DNA of 22,926 nt from Folioceros fuciformis (Eukaryota). Where the stretch lies: positions 549,350-572,275 of the forward strand of contig JBNGIO010006379.1 in NCBI GenBank assembly GCA_049999805.1, given 5' to 3'. Under the pieces are notes generated by a model. The model searched no databases and was not told where the DNA came from. It saw only the letters and a program-made list of their open reading frames with translations. The stretch's first letter is position 1; each line of letters starts with the position of its first letter. The translations under genes were made by a program, and so were the position numbers. This document shows, in pieces, positions 9,742 to 19,089 of the stretch.

Positions 9742-12700
9742 CTAGACGACATGGGGTAAATAGGCTTCATCCAATGAAAGCTGCAAGCTCAGCTCGTTCA
9801 ACAGCCCATAGGCCAATGCGGCCCGGTGGTTCCTTCTGTCGCCTGCCAAAAATGTGTGCACCTCCTGTTCAATCTCAATCCAGGTCTGCCCAGGATTCTT
9901 CCATGCGCAGTTTCCTTTTCTCCGCTCATCTACCTCTTTGGCATGCTCCCACATCCCAGCGTCAGCATAGATATTCGACATCACAACGTAAGGAGCGGCT
10001 TGTTCTGGCTCTAAGGCCACGGCATGCTCAAACGCCTCCCTTCCGAGCTCCACATTACCATGCTTCTGGCAGGCTCCCAGTAAGGACAGCCACACACGCA
10101 TGGTAGGCTTCATTGGCATGGAGAGCACAAACTCTATTGCTTTGCTAAGCAGCCCTGCCCTGCCAACGAGATCAATTAGCCATACGTAATGCTCAAGCTC
10201 TGCACAGATGCCAAGCTCCCTAGTCATGGTTTCGAAGTACTCCAGTCCTTTCTCTACTATGCCAGCATGACTGCATGCCGAGAGGACCGCCAGAAATGTG
10301 ACTTTGTTGGGCGTCACACCTGCTAGACACATCTCCTCGTAGCAATGTAGGCTCGTCTTGTAGTCTCCTTGCCGCGCATACCCAGCAATCAATGCAGTCC
10401 AAGACACCACATCCGGCTGTTGCAGTGAGTCAAACACGAATTGAGCATGTGCCATACTGCCACATTTTCCGTAAGCGTCGATTAGGCTGGTTGCTACCAG
10501 CAGATTACTCCCAGAGCCAATGTTTCCAAGGCCCCTGTGGGCTTGCTTGCAGATATCCAGAGCTCCTGTATTGCCGCAGGCTTGTAGGACAGAGAGAAAT
10601 GTAGCTTCGGTAGCTCTTACCCCTTCTTTCTGCATTTGTACATAGAGTTGCAACGCCTTCTCTCCATCCTGCTGGGCATATGCGGCAATCATAGAATTCC
10701 ATGATACCACATCTCGGCAGTTCAATCTGTCGAACACATGTCGAGCATCCATCATGCTTCCACACTTTGCATACATAGTGACCAGAGAATTGCCCACAAA
10801 CACATTTCGTTCAAATCCCATTTTAGCAGCTTCAGAATGTAGTCCCCGACCTGTGACCAAGGACTGCACTTTCAAAAATTCCCCGTCCACGAAGGAACTG
10901 TCCTCTCGTTCTGCAAGGATGCTACAAGCTTGAAGAGCACTGACAAAGGTCCGGGAATCAGGCTTGTCAAATTCCTGCTGCATCTGTGAATAAATCTTTA
11001 AAGCCTCTTCTCCTTGGCCCTGCTGAATGTAAGCTGCAATCATCGAATTCCATGAGACAACATTTCTGGAGGTCAGTTTATCAAAAACCTTTTCTGCATC
11101 CATGATGCTGCCACACTTGGAATACATATTCACCAGGGTGCTACCAACAAAGACATCTCCTTCATACCCTCTCTCAGCAACTTTGGCATGTATTTCTTTC
11201 CCCAGATGAAGTGCATTTAATTTCACACTCTGACCATAAATAAAAGCATTCTCCTCCTTCTCTGCGAGCGTGCTACAGCCCTGGAAAAGACTGACAAACG
11301 TCCGAGAATTCGTGGGGAGAGACTCCTCCTCCATTTGAGCATAAATTTGCAGGCTTTTTTGGACTTGGTCCACATCGACATATGCTGCAATCATTGCAGT
11401 ACATGACACTACATCGCAGTGGACCAATGTGTCAAACACATGTTGAGCATCCGTGACACTGCCACATTTGGCATACATACTAACCAGAACATTGCCAACA
11501 TATCTGTCTGATTCAAATCCCCTGTACACAGCTTCTGCATGAATCGCTTTACCCCTTCTCAATGCACCTACTTTGACATTTTCCTGGCCTACGGAGGTGC
11601 TTTCCTCTTTTCCTGCGAGAGACCCACATGCTTGAAGAAGGCTGACAAAAGTCCGATCGTTTGGCTCAATACCTTCTGCTTGCATCTGATCATAGAGCAG
11701 CAATCCTTTTTCTCCGTCCTGCTGAGTGTATACTGCGAGCATGGCATTCCAAGACACGATATCGCGCTGAGACAATCCGTCAAACACCTGCTGTGCATCC
11801 ATGATGCTCCCACACTTTGCATACATGCCAACTAACGAGCTTGCAACAAACACATCCATTTCACACCCACATCTAACAGCTGCAGCATGTATCTCCTTTC
11901 CCTTTCGAAGGGCTTCCGATTTCAAGTTTAGCCCCTGCGAAAGAGCAGTTTCTGTTTTCTCTGCTAGGGAGGCACAAGCTTGGAGAGCGCTGACAAGGGT
12001 ACGGGAATTTGGCCTCATCCCCACTGCTTGCATTTCAGCATATATATGCAAGGCTCTCTCTCCTTGCTCCTGCTGAGCATACGCTGCAAGCATTGCGTTC
12101 CACGACACAACAGTGCGCTGGTGCAATCGGTTAAACACATTCTCTGCATCCTTGACACTCCCGCACTTCGCGTACATGCTAACCAAGGAGCTGCCAACAA
12201 AGCCATCTGTTTCCAACCCATGCTTGATGGCTTCAGTATGAATCCGCTTGCCCTCCTCCAAGTCTTCCATCCTGCTGCATGCTTTGAGTAAGCCGACAAA
12301 TGTATGATTGTTTGGCTGGATACCTTCAAGTCGCATCTGCTCATAGCATGAGAGAGCCTGCTTACATTGTCCAGCATTGTTATACCCTGAAATGATGGCT
12401 GTCCAAGATAATGCTGTGCGGTGAGACAAACTTCGAAACAGATGGCATCCATCCGCGATACACCCACAGTTGATGAGGGTGGCCACCATAAGATTCCCCA
12501 GAACAGTGTTCGACTCCAACCCATGCTTTGCCAAATGAGCATGCACCTGCTTGGCTTCAACGGAGGCCTTTTGTTTCATGCACGTGTACAACAGGCCCTT
12601 GTAAACTTCCACTGAAGGAGCCCTGCCCTGCTGATCAATGCACAGGAGGGCAAGAAGCGCCGTCTTCAGTCGTCCCTCCCTGCATAATTTCTGTATGTCA

Positions 12701-12870
12701 GGAGCACCCTCGGGGATTACCTGGATCCTGTTAAGACCACAAGTGGTCACGTCAGATCCAAAACAAGATTTCCTCCCAATCCATGCAATCGACAAGAGTA
12801 ACAACCTCTCAGATTCGCTCGTGAAGACATACGTGGGCACGTAAGAATCTTTAATAGCAGGGGTCTGCAT
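9742..12870 (-). CDS. PLS-class pentatricopeptide repeat protein, E+ type (organellar RNA-editing specificity factor), ~1042 aa
   Basis: Long ORF with first in-frame ATG at 12870. Repeating P-L-S motifs (DVVSWNAMIAAY.., P..TFVS.LQAC.., DVFVGSSLV.MYAKCGS..DA..VFD), then HYVWLIDLVGRAG, E motifs (VWLSLLGACQKHGN; YVVMSNIYADAGMW), PG box KNPGQTWIEI and HTFLAGD, ending at YLPHVV* before any HxE/CxxC. A possible in-frame 105-nt intron lies at 12728-12832. Confidence 0.93.
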   Translation of the reverse strand: MQTPAIKDSYVPTYVFTSESERLLLLSIAWIGRKSCFGSDVTTCGLNRIQVIPEGAPDIQKLCREGRLKTALLALLCIDQQGRAPSVEVYKGLLYTCMKQKASVEAKQVHAHLAKHGLESNTVLGNLMVATLINCGCIADGCHLFRSLSHRTALSWTAIISGYNNAGQCKQALSCYEQMRLEGIQPNNHTFVGLLKACSRMEDLEEGKRIHTEAIKHGLETDGFVGSSLVSMYAKCGSVKDAENVFNRLHQRTVVSWNAMLAAYAQQEQGERALHIYAEMQAVGMRPNSRTLVSALQACASLAEKTETALSQGLNLKSEALRKGKEIHAAAVRCGCEMDVFVASSLVGMYAKCGSIMDAQQVFDGLSQRDIVSWNAMLAVYTQQDGEKGLLLYDQMQAEGIEPNDRTFVSLLQACGSLAGKEESTSVGQENVKVGALRRGKAIHAEAVYRGFESDRYVGNVLVSMYAKCGSVTDAQHVFDTLVHCDVVSCTAMIAAYVDVDQVQKSLQIYAQMEEESLPTNSRTFVSLFQGCSTLAEKEENAFIYGQSVKLNALHLGKEIHAKVAERGYEGDVFVGSTLVNMYSKCGSIMDAEKVFDKLTSRNVVSWNSMIAAYIQQGQGEEALKIYSQMQQEFDKPDSRTFVSALQACSILAEREDSSFVDGEFLKVQSLVTGRGLHSEAAKMGFERNVFVGNSLVTMYAKCGSMMDARHVFDRLNCRDVVSWNSMIAAYAQQDGEKALQLYVQMQKEGVRATEATFLSVLQACGNTGALDICKQAHRGLGNIGSGSNLLVATSLIDAYGKCGSMAHAQFVFDSLQQPDVVSWTALIAGYARQGDYKTSLHCYEEMCLAGVTPNKVTFLAVLSACSHAGIVEKGLEYFETMTRELGICAELEHYVWLIDLVGRAGLLSKAIEFVLSMPMKPTMRVWLSLLGACQKHGNVELGREAFEHAVALEPEQAAPYVVMSNIYADAGMWEHAKEVDERRKGNCAWKNPGQTWIEIEQEVHTFLAGDRRNHRAALAYGLLNELSLQLSLDEAYLPHVV

Positions 12871-13082
12871 TCGAGCAGCCAGCAGATCCAAAACGACCAA
12901 CCTCAACCACCTGGCCCCGCTGCTTCGCAGTCACGGGAATCCCAATGTGAATCAGCAGCATGGCAGGGGCTCCGGGTGCTGTTTGACCTCAATGCTTTCA
13001 TCGTGCCAGCTCCTTCCGAGGCTGATAGCGAAAAGAGTATTCTGAGTATAGCCTTAGACGGTCCTTCGAGACTTCACGCCCA

Positions 13083-13154
13083 CTGAAGGAAATTCGGGAT
13101 TCGTTACGCTAGTTAGAGGACGGAGGCAGGGATGACGGAAGTAACTGCTCATAC
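13083..13154 (-). other. Candidate 72-nt intron in the FTA-PPR spacer
   Basis: Minus strand reads AACG|GTATGA...CTCTAAC...TTTCCTTCAG|TGG (donor, branch point, pyrimidine tract, acceptor), starting 19 nt after the FTA stop codon. Confidence 0.5.
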
Positions 13155-13173
13155 CGTTGTCCCCAAAGTTTCC

Positions 13174-14550
13174 TCATACAAGAGATGGTGGAAACATGTT
13201 GTTCCGCCAAGCCCAGTATCTGGCATGTATAGCATCTAGCTTCTCTAGCCGCTGACATAAAACAGAAGCAAGCTCTAGAGGTGAGCCCGCCTCGGTTGCT
13301 TCTAAAGCTTCAAGCAACATCTTGTGAGAAGTCGGAGTCGGATGAAACCCTAGTCCCAGAAGATCCAAGACAAAACTAAGTGCATGTATGCAGTACGGAT
13401 CCGCTGACAACACTTCTGTGCACAAATTAGCGACGGCACGATCCTTCACCATGCCAACCTTGTCATCTTGAAAGAGTCCCCTGAGATACCTCCACGGGCT
13501 CTCGTTGGAAGGTGCTGCTTTTATCAGTTTGGCACAATACTGAATCTCAGACTGTCTAGCTCCTGCCAAACCTCCTAGCAACGGACTTCTTGTCACGACG
13601 AAGTAACGCTGCACGAGCAAAGAGAAAGTCAGCTTCTTCAGTTGAGAGGTAACAAGCACGATGTGCTGCGCACAAATTCGGAAGGCCCGTGAGAATTTCA
13701 CCTGGTTCCATGCAGAGTTGTTAAACGTATCATCAACTAACAGCTCGTCACAGAAATCAAGCTCCCCTTCCCAGCCTCCGAACTCCTTCAAAACCCACTA
13801 TGAACAAGGATACGTTGAGGAAGACATCAGACAGGTCATATAGTCGATTCAAGGTGAGTGATTCCAAACTGCCTATTCACTCACCTGACGATGGGACCAC
13901 GCATGGTAGTTCTTAGCATCACTTCGAAGAACTGCTTCCGTGAACTGTAGTTCCCCAGGAACGCACCCAGGACCTATTTTGGTGGCAACCCATCGCCGAT
14001 GGTGCCTGCAGGTGTGACTTCGACGCATGAGGGGAGCATCCAGAAATAAGTAAACGATGGACAGACAGGTAAACCTCATTTACCAGATTTGATAATTCTT
14101 TTGGTTCCCTTCTGCCAGTGTCTCGATGAGGACTAGCTCCTTTCCAAGGTCTCCTTGCAATGCCTCCAATACAAGCCTTCGAAAATGCCAACCCTGTTGG
14201 GCCACAACAAAGCATGTGGTCAGCATCAAATCCAAGAAAACACTGACGGCATGTGTAACAGATCAATGTTTTCAAGGAGTTCAACATATTTGCTGGAGCC
14301 ATACCGTGTAGTTTGCAGCATTTAAAGAAATCACCTCGGCCGTGAGATCGAGAGCTCGTTCACTCCTCTCATCCAAAGCAAGAATTGCACGGAAATAGTC
14401 CATGACCTCCCGAAACTGACTGGAGTAAGCAATGGGCACAACTGGATTGGGTCCGTCATCTTGGGAAACGGGCTTCACATCAGCCCACTCTGGCCTGTCT
14501 TTGAAGCTTACGTATTCCGACGGGACCTCACTCGTACGTTTCAGAACCAT
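13174..14550 (-). CDS. FTA: Protein farnesyltransferase/geranylgeranyltransferase-I alpha subunit; complement(join(13174..13608,13702..13797,13885..14005,14084..14193,14305..14550)), 335 aa
   Basis: [34 protein letters not shown], then PPTA repeats [61 protein letters not shown] and C-terminal DAIHARYW. Four GT-AG introns (111, 78, 87, 93 nt) keep the frame; exon total 1008 nt. Confidence 0.95.
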
Positions 14551-14761
14551 AACTCAGAGAAACGAGGGATTGACGGGTTAGAGTGCGAATGAGCTGCCGA
14601 CCCGGCGAAAGGAGCTTACAAATAGGTACTGTTTCAAGATACCGACCCCTGCAAGGTGTGCGCACTAAGAGAGTGCCGCCATGCACCTCAAAGATGGCCA
14701 AATTGCTCCAAACTTGTGACACTACGCAAGTAGACTTAAGAGCTAAGGCTAAGTCCGAGAC

Positions 14762-15134
14762 TCAAGATATGACAGAAAGCTGCGAACGAGGAGCAGCAAA
14801 CATCCAGGCATCAGCTTCCAACGCCTTCTCTTCCTTCTTCAGCCAATTGGTGAGATCCTCCATCAGAGCTGCACACGAACCACGTGAAGGCTCAAGACCA
14901 GAAGATGGCGTGAAGTAGAATTTGTGACACTGACTGGAATACGATAATTGAGCACTGGCTAGGGTTTGATGGCGCTTCACCTTGTTCAGTCTCGGCTTTC
15001 CGATCCTCCGCCAAGGTGAGCTCTTCCGCCAGATGCGCAAACACAGGCTCCTCTAACGGAGGGGGCTGGCTGCTGGAAGCCGGAGGAGGCGTGCTGGCGG
15101 TGGCCCTAGATGGCGAACCGATCCCGCCCTGCAT
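14762..15134 (-). CDS. SAMBA: SAMBA, plant APC/C-associated regulator; complement(join(14762..14868,14981..15134)), 86 aa
   Basis: Removing a GT-AG intron at 14869-14980 gives MQGGIGSPSRATASTPPPASSSQPPPLEEPVFAHLAEELTLAEDRKAETEQALMEDLTNWLKKEEKALEADAWMFAAPRSQLSVIS. This fits the SAMBA layout as recalled: N-terminal SP..S motif, low-complexity linker, then RK.E....L..DL...L.KE.K.LE.D.WMF..PRS...IS. Split over two frames in the ORF track. Confidence 0.85.
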
Positions 15135-15432
15135 CGTGAAATCAAGAGCAAATTTATTGTCGTGCCTTCTTATAACAACGACCACGTTCTAACCTTGCTG
15201 CCGTCACGTCACAACAAGGACTGGTTAATGTCACGCTGCTGTTGTGTTTTGAGGCAGCTTAGATACAGTCACCTCGACACGGCTACTTGAGTGGCAGGAG
15301 TCAGAGAATCTATCATGCTCAAGCACAATTCATTGGACACCGCTGACATAACATGGCCTTGCATTCGGCAATCCCCCAATCCGATTCGCTAGCAATTCCA
15401 CATCTACAAGTCACTGCATCCGCTTCACCCTG

Positions 15433-15624
15433 CTACGCTCGGCTTTCTTCAACCTGTTGTCGCAACTGCTGCTCCTTGAGAGCAAGAAGCTGCTCATCAC
15501 GCAGGACACCGCGGTGCAGGTTCTGTCTCTCTTCCACCTGCAACCGGTGAACAGCCAGGATTCCGGCTCCCGTCAGCGCCATGACTAGTCCAAGGAATGC
15601 CGTGGCTTTCCTATCCATACTCAT
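15433..15624 (-). CDS. PET117: PET117 mitochondrial cytochrome c oxidase assembly factor homolog, ~61-63 aa
   Basis: MSMDRKATAFLGLVMALTGAGILAVHRLQVEERQNLHRGVLRDEQLLALKEQQLRQQVEESRA: one N-terminal hydrophobic helix followed by VH..Q..ER..LH.GV.RD. Start at 15624 or 15618. Confidence 0.85.
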   Translation of the reverse strand: MSMDRKATAFLGLVMALTGAGILAVHRLQVEERQNLHRGVLRDEQLLALKEQQLRQQVEESRA

Positions 15625-16568
15625 CAGAAACAGAGCCAGAGCGCGTGCGAGGAGCATGTGACAGTAGCCGTCCCCTACTTCCCTGCCCGTGTGATCATCA
15701 GGTTGCACTTGGACTCTGTATTACAACACTACTTGTGAACGGAGCTAGAGTGTTGTGGAGACTGAAGAAAGCAGTCAGACGAACGTCAGGCCCCCGATCA
15801 ACCCCGAATCACGAACCGTGGTATGCTTCTGCAAGATAAGTTGCTCCCGCAGACCAAGCAAGGGCTGCCCGCCCGGTCACTTCACGACCCTCGCTGCAAG
15901 TCTCGGAATCATTCTTCGGGAGTATCGTACTGTATTCTTCCTGTATGGGAGAAAGGAGAGTCTGGTTTTACTTGGAAATGAGATTAGGCGGTGCGTCGGG
16001 TTATAGCTACATAACGTAGGTCATTGAAAGGGGTGCACCTAATGATGGACAGGACGGAGGAAAGCGAGAAGTCCTGGAGTAGTGGATTGCGGGTGGGGCC
16101 AGAATCCGAGTCCACAGTCCGAGTCGGGCCGGGCAGGGTTATACAGTACCTGGCCAGAACGGCGGAAAATTAAATGGGGCGAAAAATGATGATGTGCCGC
16201 ATGTGCAGGGAAAGGTGAAGACCAATTTCGCTTTTTGTCACTGCTCCAGCTGTTGCGGGGGAGAGCCCGGCAGCCTGTCTGCCGACCGCATGGCATTCCC
16301 CACTGCCCCCGCGCCGCACTCCGAGGTCCCTCTTACATCCACCCCCGCGCAATGCGGCCCAAGGGTACCCCCCGGTCGCCTCCGCTGCAAACAGAACGCG
16401 CTGGAATCGTGCACAGTCGCAGCATCCGCGCAGCATCCAGGAGTCTGCTGGCCATGATGCGCCGGATCTGTGAGCACAGGATCGTCCCCCCTGCGTCTGC
16501 GGCGCGGGCTGTGCGTGCCAGATCGGGTGGATGAGAGGAGTGGATAGGGAGAAGAAGCGGTGGGAGGG

Positions 16569-19089
16569 ATGGAAAGATCCGGCAGCTTCGCGGGTGGAGT
16601 CAGATCCGGCTACTCAGTCCGGTCTGTCAGCTCCCGGGCCCTGCTTCCCGGAGTGTCGGGGAGTTCGAGCAGGAGCCGGAGGCGATGGCCCTGTTGTGGC
16701 GGCAGAGGGAGATGCGTCAATCTGTTGNNNNNNNNNNNNNNNNNNNNNNNNNNNNNNNNNNNNNNNNNNNNNNNNNNNNNNNNNNNNNNNNNNNNNNNNN
16801 NNNNNNNNNNNNNNNNNNNNNNNNNNNATCTGTTGCTGTTTGTCTCGCTGCTGCTCTCGGCTTCGTCTCTTGTCATCAGCTCCATCTCTCTCGCTTCCAT
16901 GTTTCCGGTGGTGGAGCAGAAGCCGTTTCCGGACAGTTCGGTTTACATTCCCTGCAGGCTCTTTTTGGTCGGAATGCGGTCCAGAGCTCTGTCGGATCGG
17001 TGTGCGGATTTCTTTCTCGGCCTGTCGTCTAGGGACGTCGAAGTCGGGGACGGACGGTTTGATGTGGAGGCGCCTCCGGTTGCTCACAGGGATGGTCTTT
17101 CGAAGGCTTACCTCACCTCTGTCAGCACAGTGATCTCTCATGAAGTGGAAACTCGGTCGCAGGACGCCAAGTTAGCGGTGCCGAATGTTGTGCTGCAGAT
17201 GGAGCAGACGGATGCGGAAGTGTCGGAGGAGATTGAAGATGAAGCGGACATTGGCAACGTGGTTGAGATGGAGGACGTTTCTGACGCACGACTGGAATCA
17301 CGAATAGGCGCCGGATCAGGTGGCGTGACCAGGACGGTAGGTTCGTCTGAGTGGACGCGGAATGGAGGGGGACTGGACGTTGTCAATGGGAGAATACGGT
17401 CGGACCACACGGTCACTTCACTTTACTCTCTGCGTAACGACTTTGGTTCGCGGGTTACCTACTATGAGTTTCGAAGCCTATGCTTCAACAGCACTCATCT
17501 CCTAATTGTAGGCGCCGAGACTTGCATGGAAGGACAGGATGCAGCAACAGGGAGCGGGTTTGAGCCCGTTGCGTGTGATGACGGCTTGTATGATGTTAGG
17601 AGACGAATGTTCGAAGAGACGCGCTTGGAAGAGGCCAAAACGACATATGATTGGTTGCAGGAGAGGAACGTGACATGGTGGAATGGCACCTCAGCAATCC
17701 TCCATTTGGATAAATCTAGTCTGAACGTCGCGCATTTTATCGGTACGAGAGACATTGTGATCCTATTTTTTCTGTTCTGACCTTTAAGCTTTGTCCTACT
17801 TACCAGGTGCTGACAGCCACCTCACTGTCTGCCCGCAGGCAAGGTGAACGGCTTGCTGGTTTTCAACAATCTCAGTTTCCCCATGTACACGGACTTCGTA
17901 GATAGAGTCTTGGTGCTCAAGCATGATAATGTATGGAAACAGTTTCGCTTGAGAGTAGAGAATTTGCAGAGTTTCTCCGTAATGTATGTGGCTCACACCC
18001 TCTCCAGGCTGCTCAGGAATGTGGTGAAGGAGGGATTGACTGCGAACAGTCTTTTAGGCAGTATGTTTGCCGGAGAGGGCAGAGTGAAAATTGGGATGAT
18101 TTGGGATGAACTGATTGCATCTGACCACGAGCCGATGTGTTTCGAAAAGGTTGTCATTCCTGGATTGTTCAAGGTGAGTCAGAAAAACGTGAAGAATCCA
18201 TGCAGTGCCTCTACGCTGTACTTTTGAGCTCGATGAGGGTGTGACTTTAACCGTAATGTGCATGCAGGCAACTCAGTACCCCGGTGGAATGATCACTGCA
18301 GATCATGTGAGGAAAAGTTTGCAGGACCTGTATCTGAATGTGAATCAGTCAGGAGCTTTGGGTGAGACGGAGATACCTAATGCACCTGTGCTACTCTACT
18401 TAGTGCGCAACGGCAAGCGTAGAACGTTCTTTCCAGACAGTGAACAAGCTTTCAGAGATGTTCTACAGGAAACGAGATTTGGCACCTCAATCCTTGACTT
18501 CAATCAGTTGACATTCCAGGAGCAATTTTGGGCTATTCAAAAAGCAGATTTGTTCATTGGGCTGCACGGAACCAGCCTGATGAATCCAACCATGTTCGCA
18601 AGGAAACGATCAGTGCTGGTGGAAGTGATACCCTACAATGTTGCACTGAGAATATACGAAACCCAAAGCATAGATACGGGCTTGGTTTACCTAGGTCACC
18701 AATGCCTGCAGGGTACAATCCAAAAGAAGGACCAACGTTTTGCTAGGTACAAGTACATGAATTGCATGAAACATGCTGAGTGTAAAGACAGATTTCTCCA
18801 GCAGAGGAGCGTGGAGCTGACCGCCCAAGATCTTACAGAATTGAGACAGTTGATATCCATTGGAATGGAGCTGGTGTTGCAGATTGAGAGGAAGGGCCTG
18901 AAGGACAAGGTCTCATCCGAGTTGTTTGACGAGGTAGAGCGTTTAGTAGGAAAGGGTAGGTGCCAGCCTTGGATTTCCGGAGTGAAAGACATGTGCCGGG
19001 GAAACTGGGTGAGTTTTGGAGATGAAAGGGGCTATCACATTTGTTACCTCAACTATGCCTGCGATCAGGGTAACTCGAACAGGATGTAG
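16569..19089 (+). CDS. Glycosyltransferase family 61 (DUF563)-like type II membrane protein; join(16569..17742,17839..18173,18268..19089)
   Basis: Short basic cytosolic tail, TM helix (LLLFVSLLLSASSLVISSISLA), acidic stem, NVAHFIG, CFEKVVIPG, LVRNGKRR and FQEQFWAIQKADLFIGLHGTSLMNPTMFARKRSVLVEVIPY. Introns 17743-17838 and 18174-18267 are GT-AG and preserve frame. Exon 1 contains an assembly gap and may hide another intron near 16930-17032. Confidence 0.8.
16728..16827. other. Assembly gap (100 N)
   Basis: Exactly 100 N; both flanks carry ATCTGTTG. Confidence 0.99.

Noticed and set aside
12871-13174. FTA-PPR fusion protein
   Set aside because: FTA ends with TGA before the candidate spacer intron, and the PPR frame has an upstream stop.
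17743-17806. Alternative GT61 acceptor at 17806
   Set aside because: It leads to a TGA within 14 codons; the acceptor at 17838 preserves the frame.
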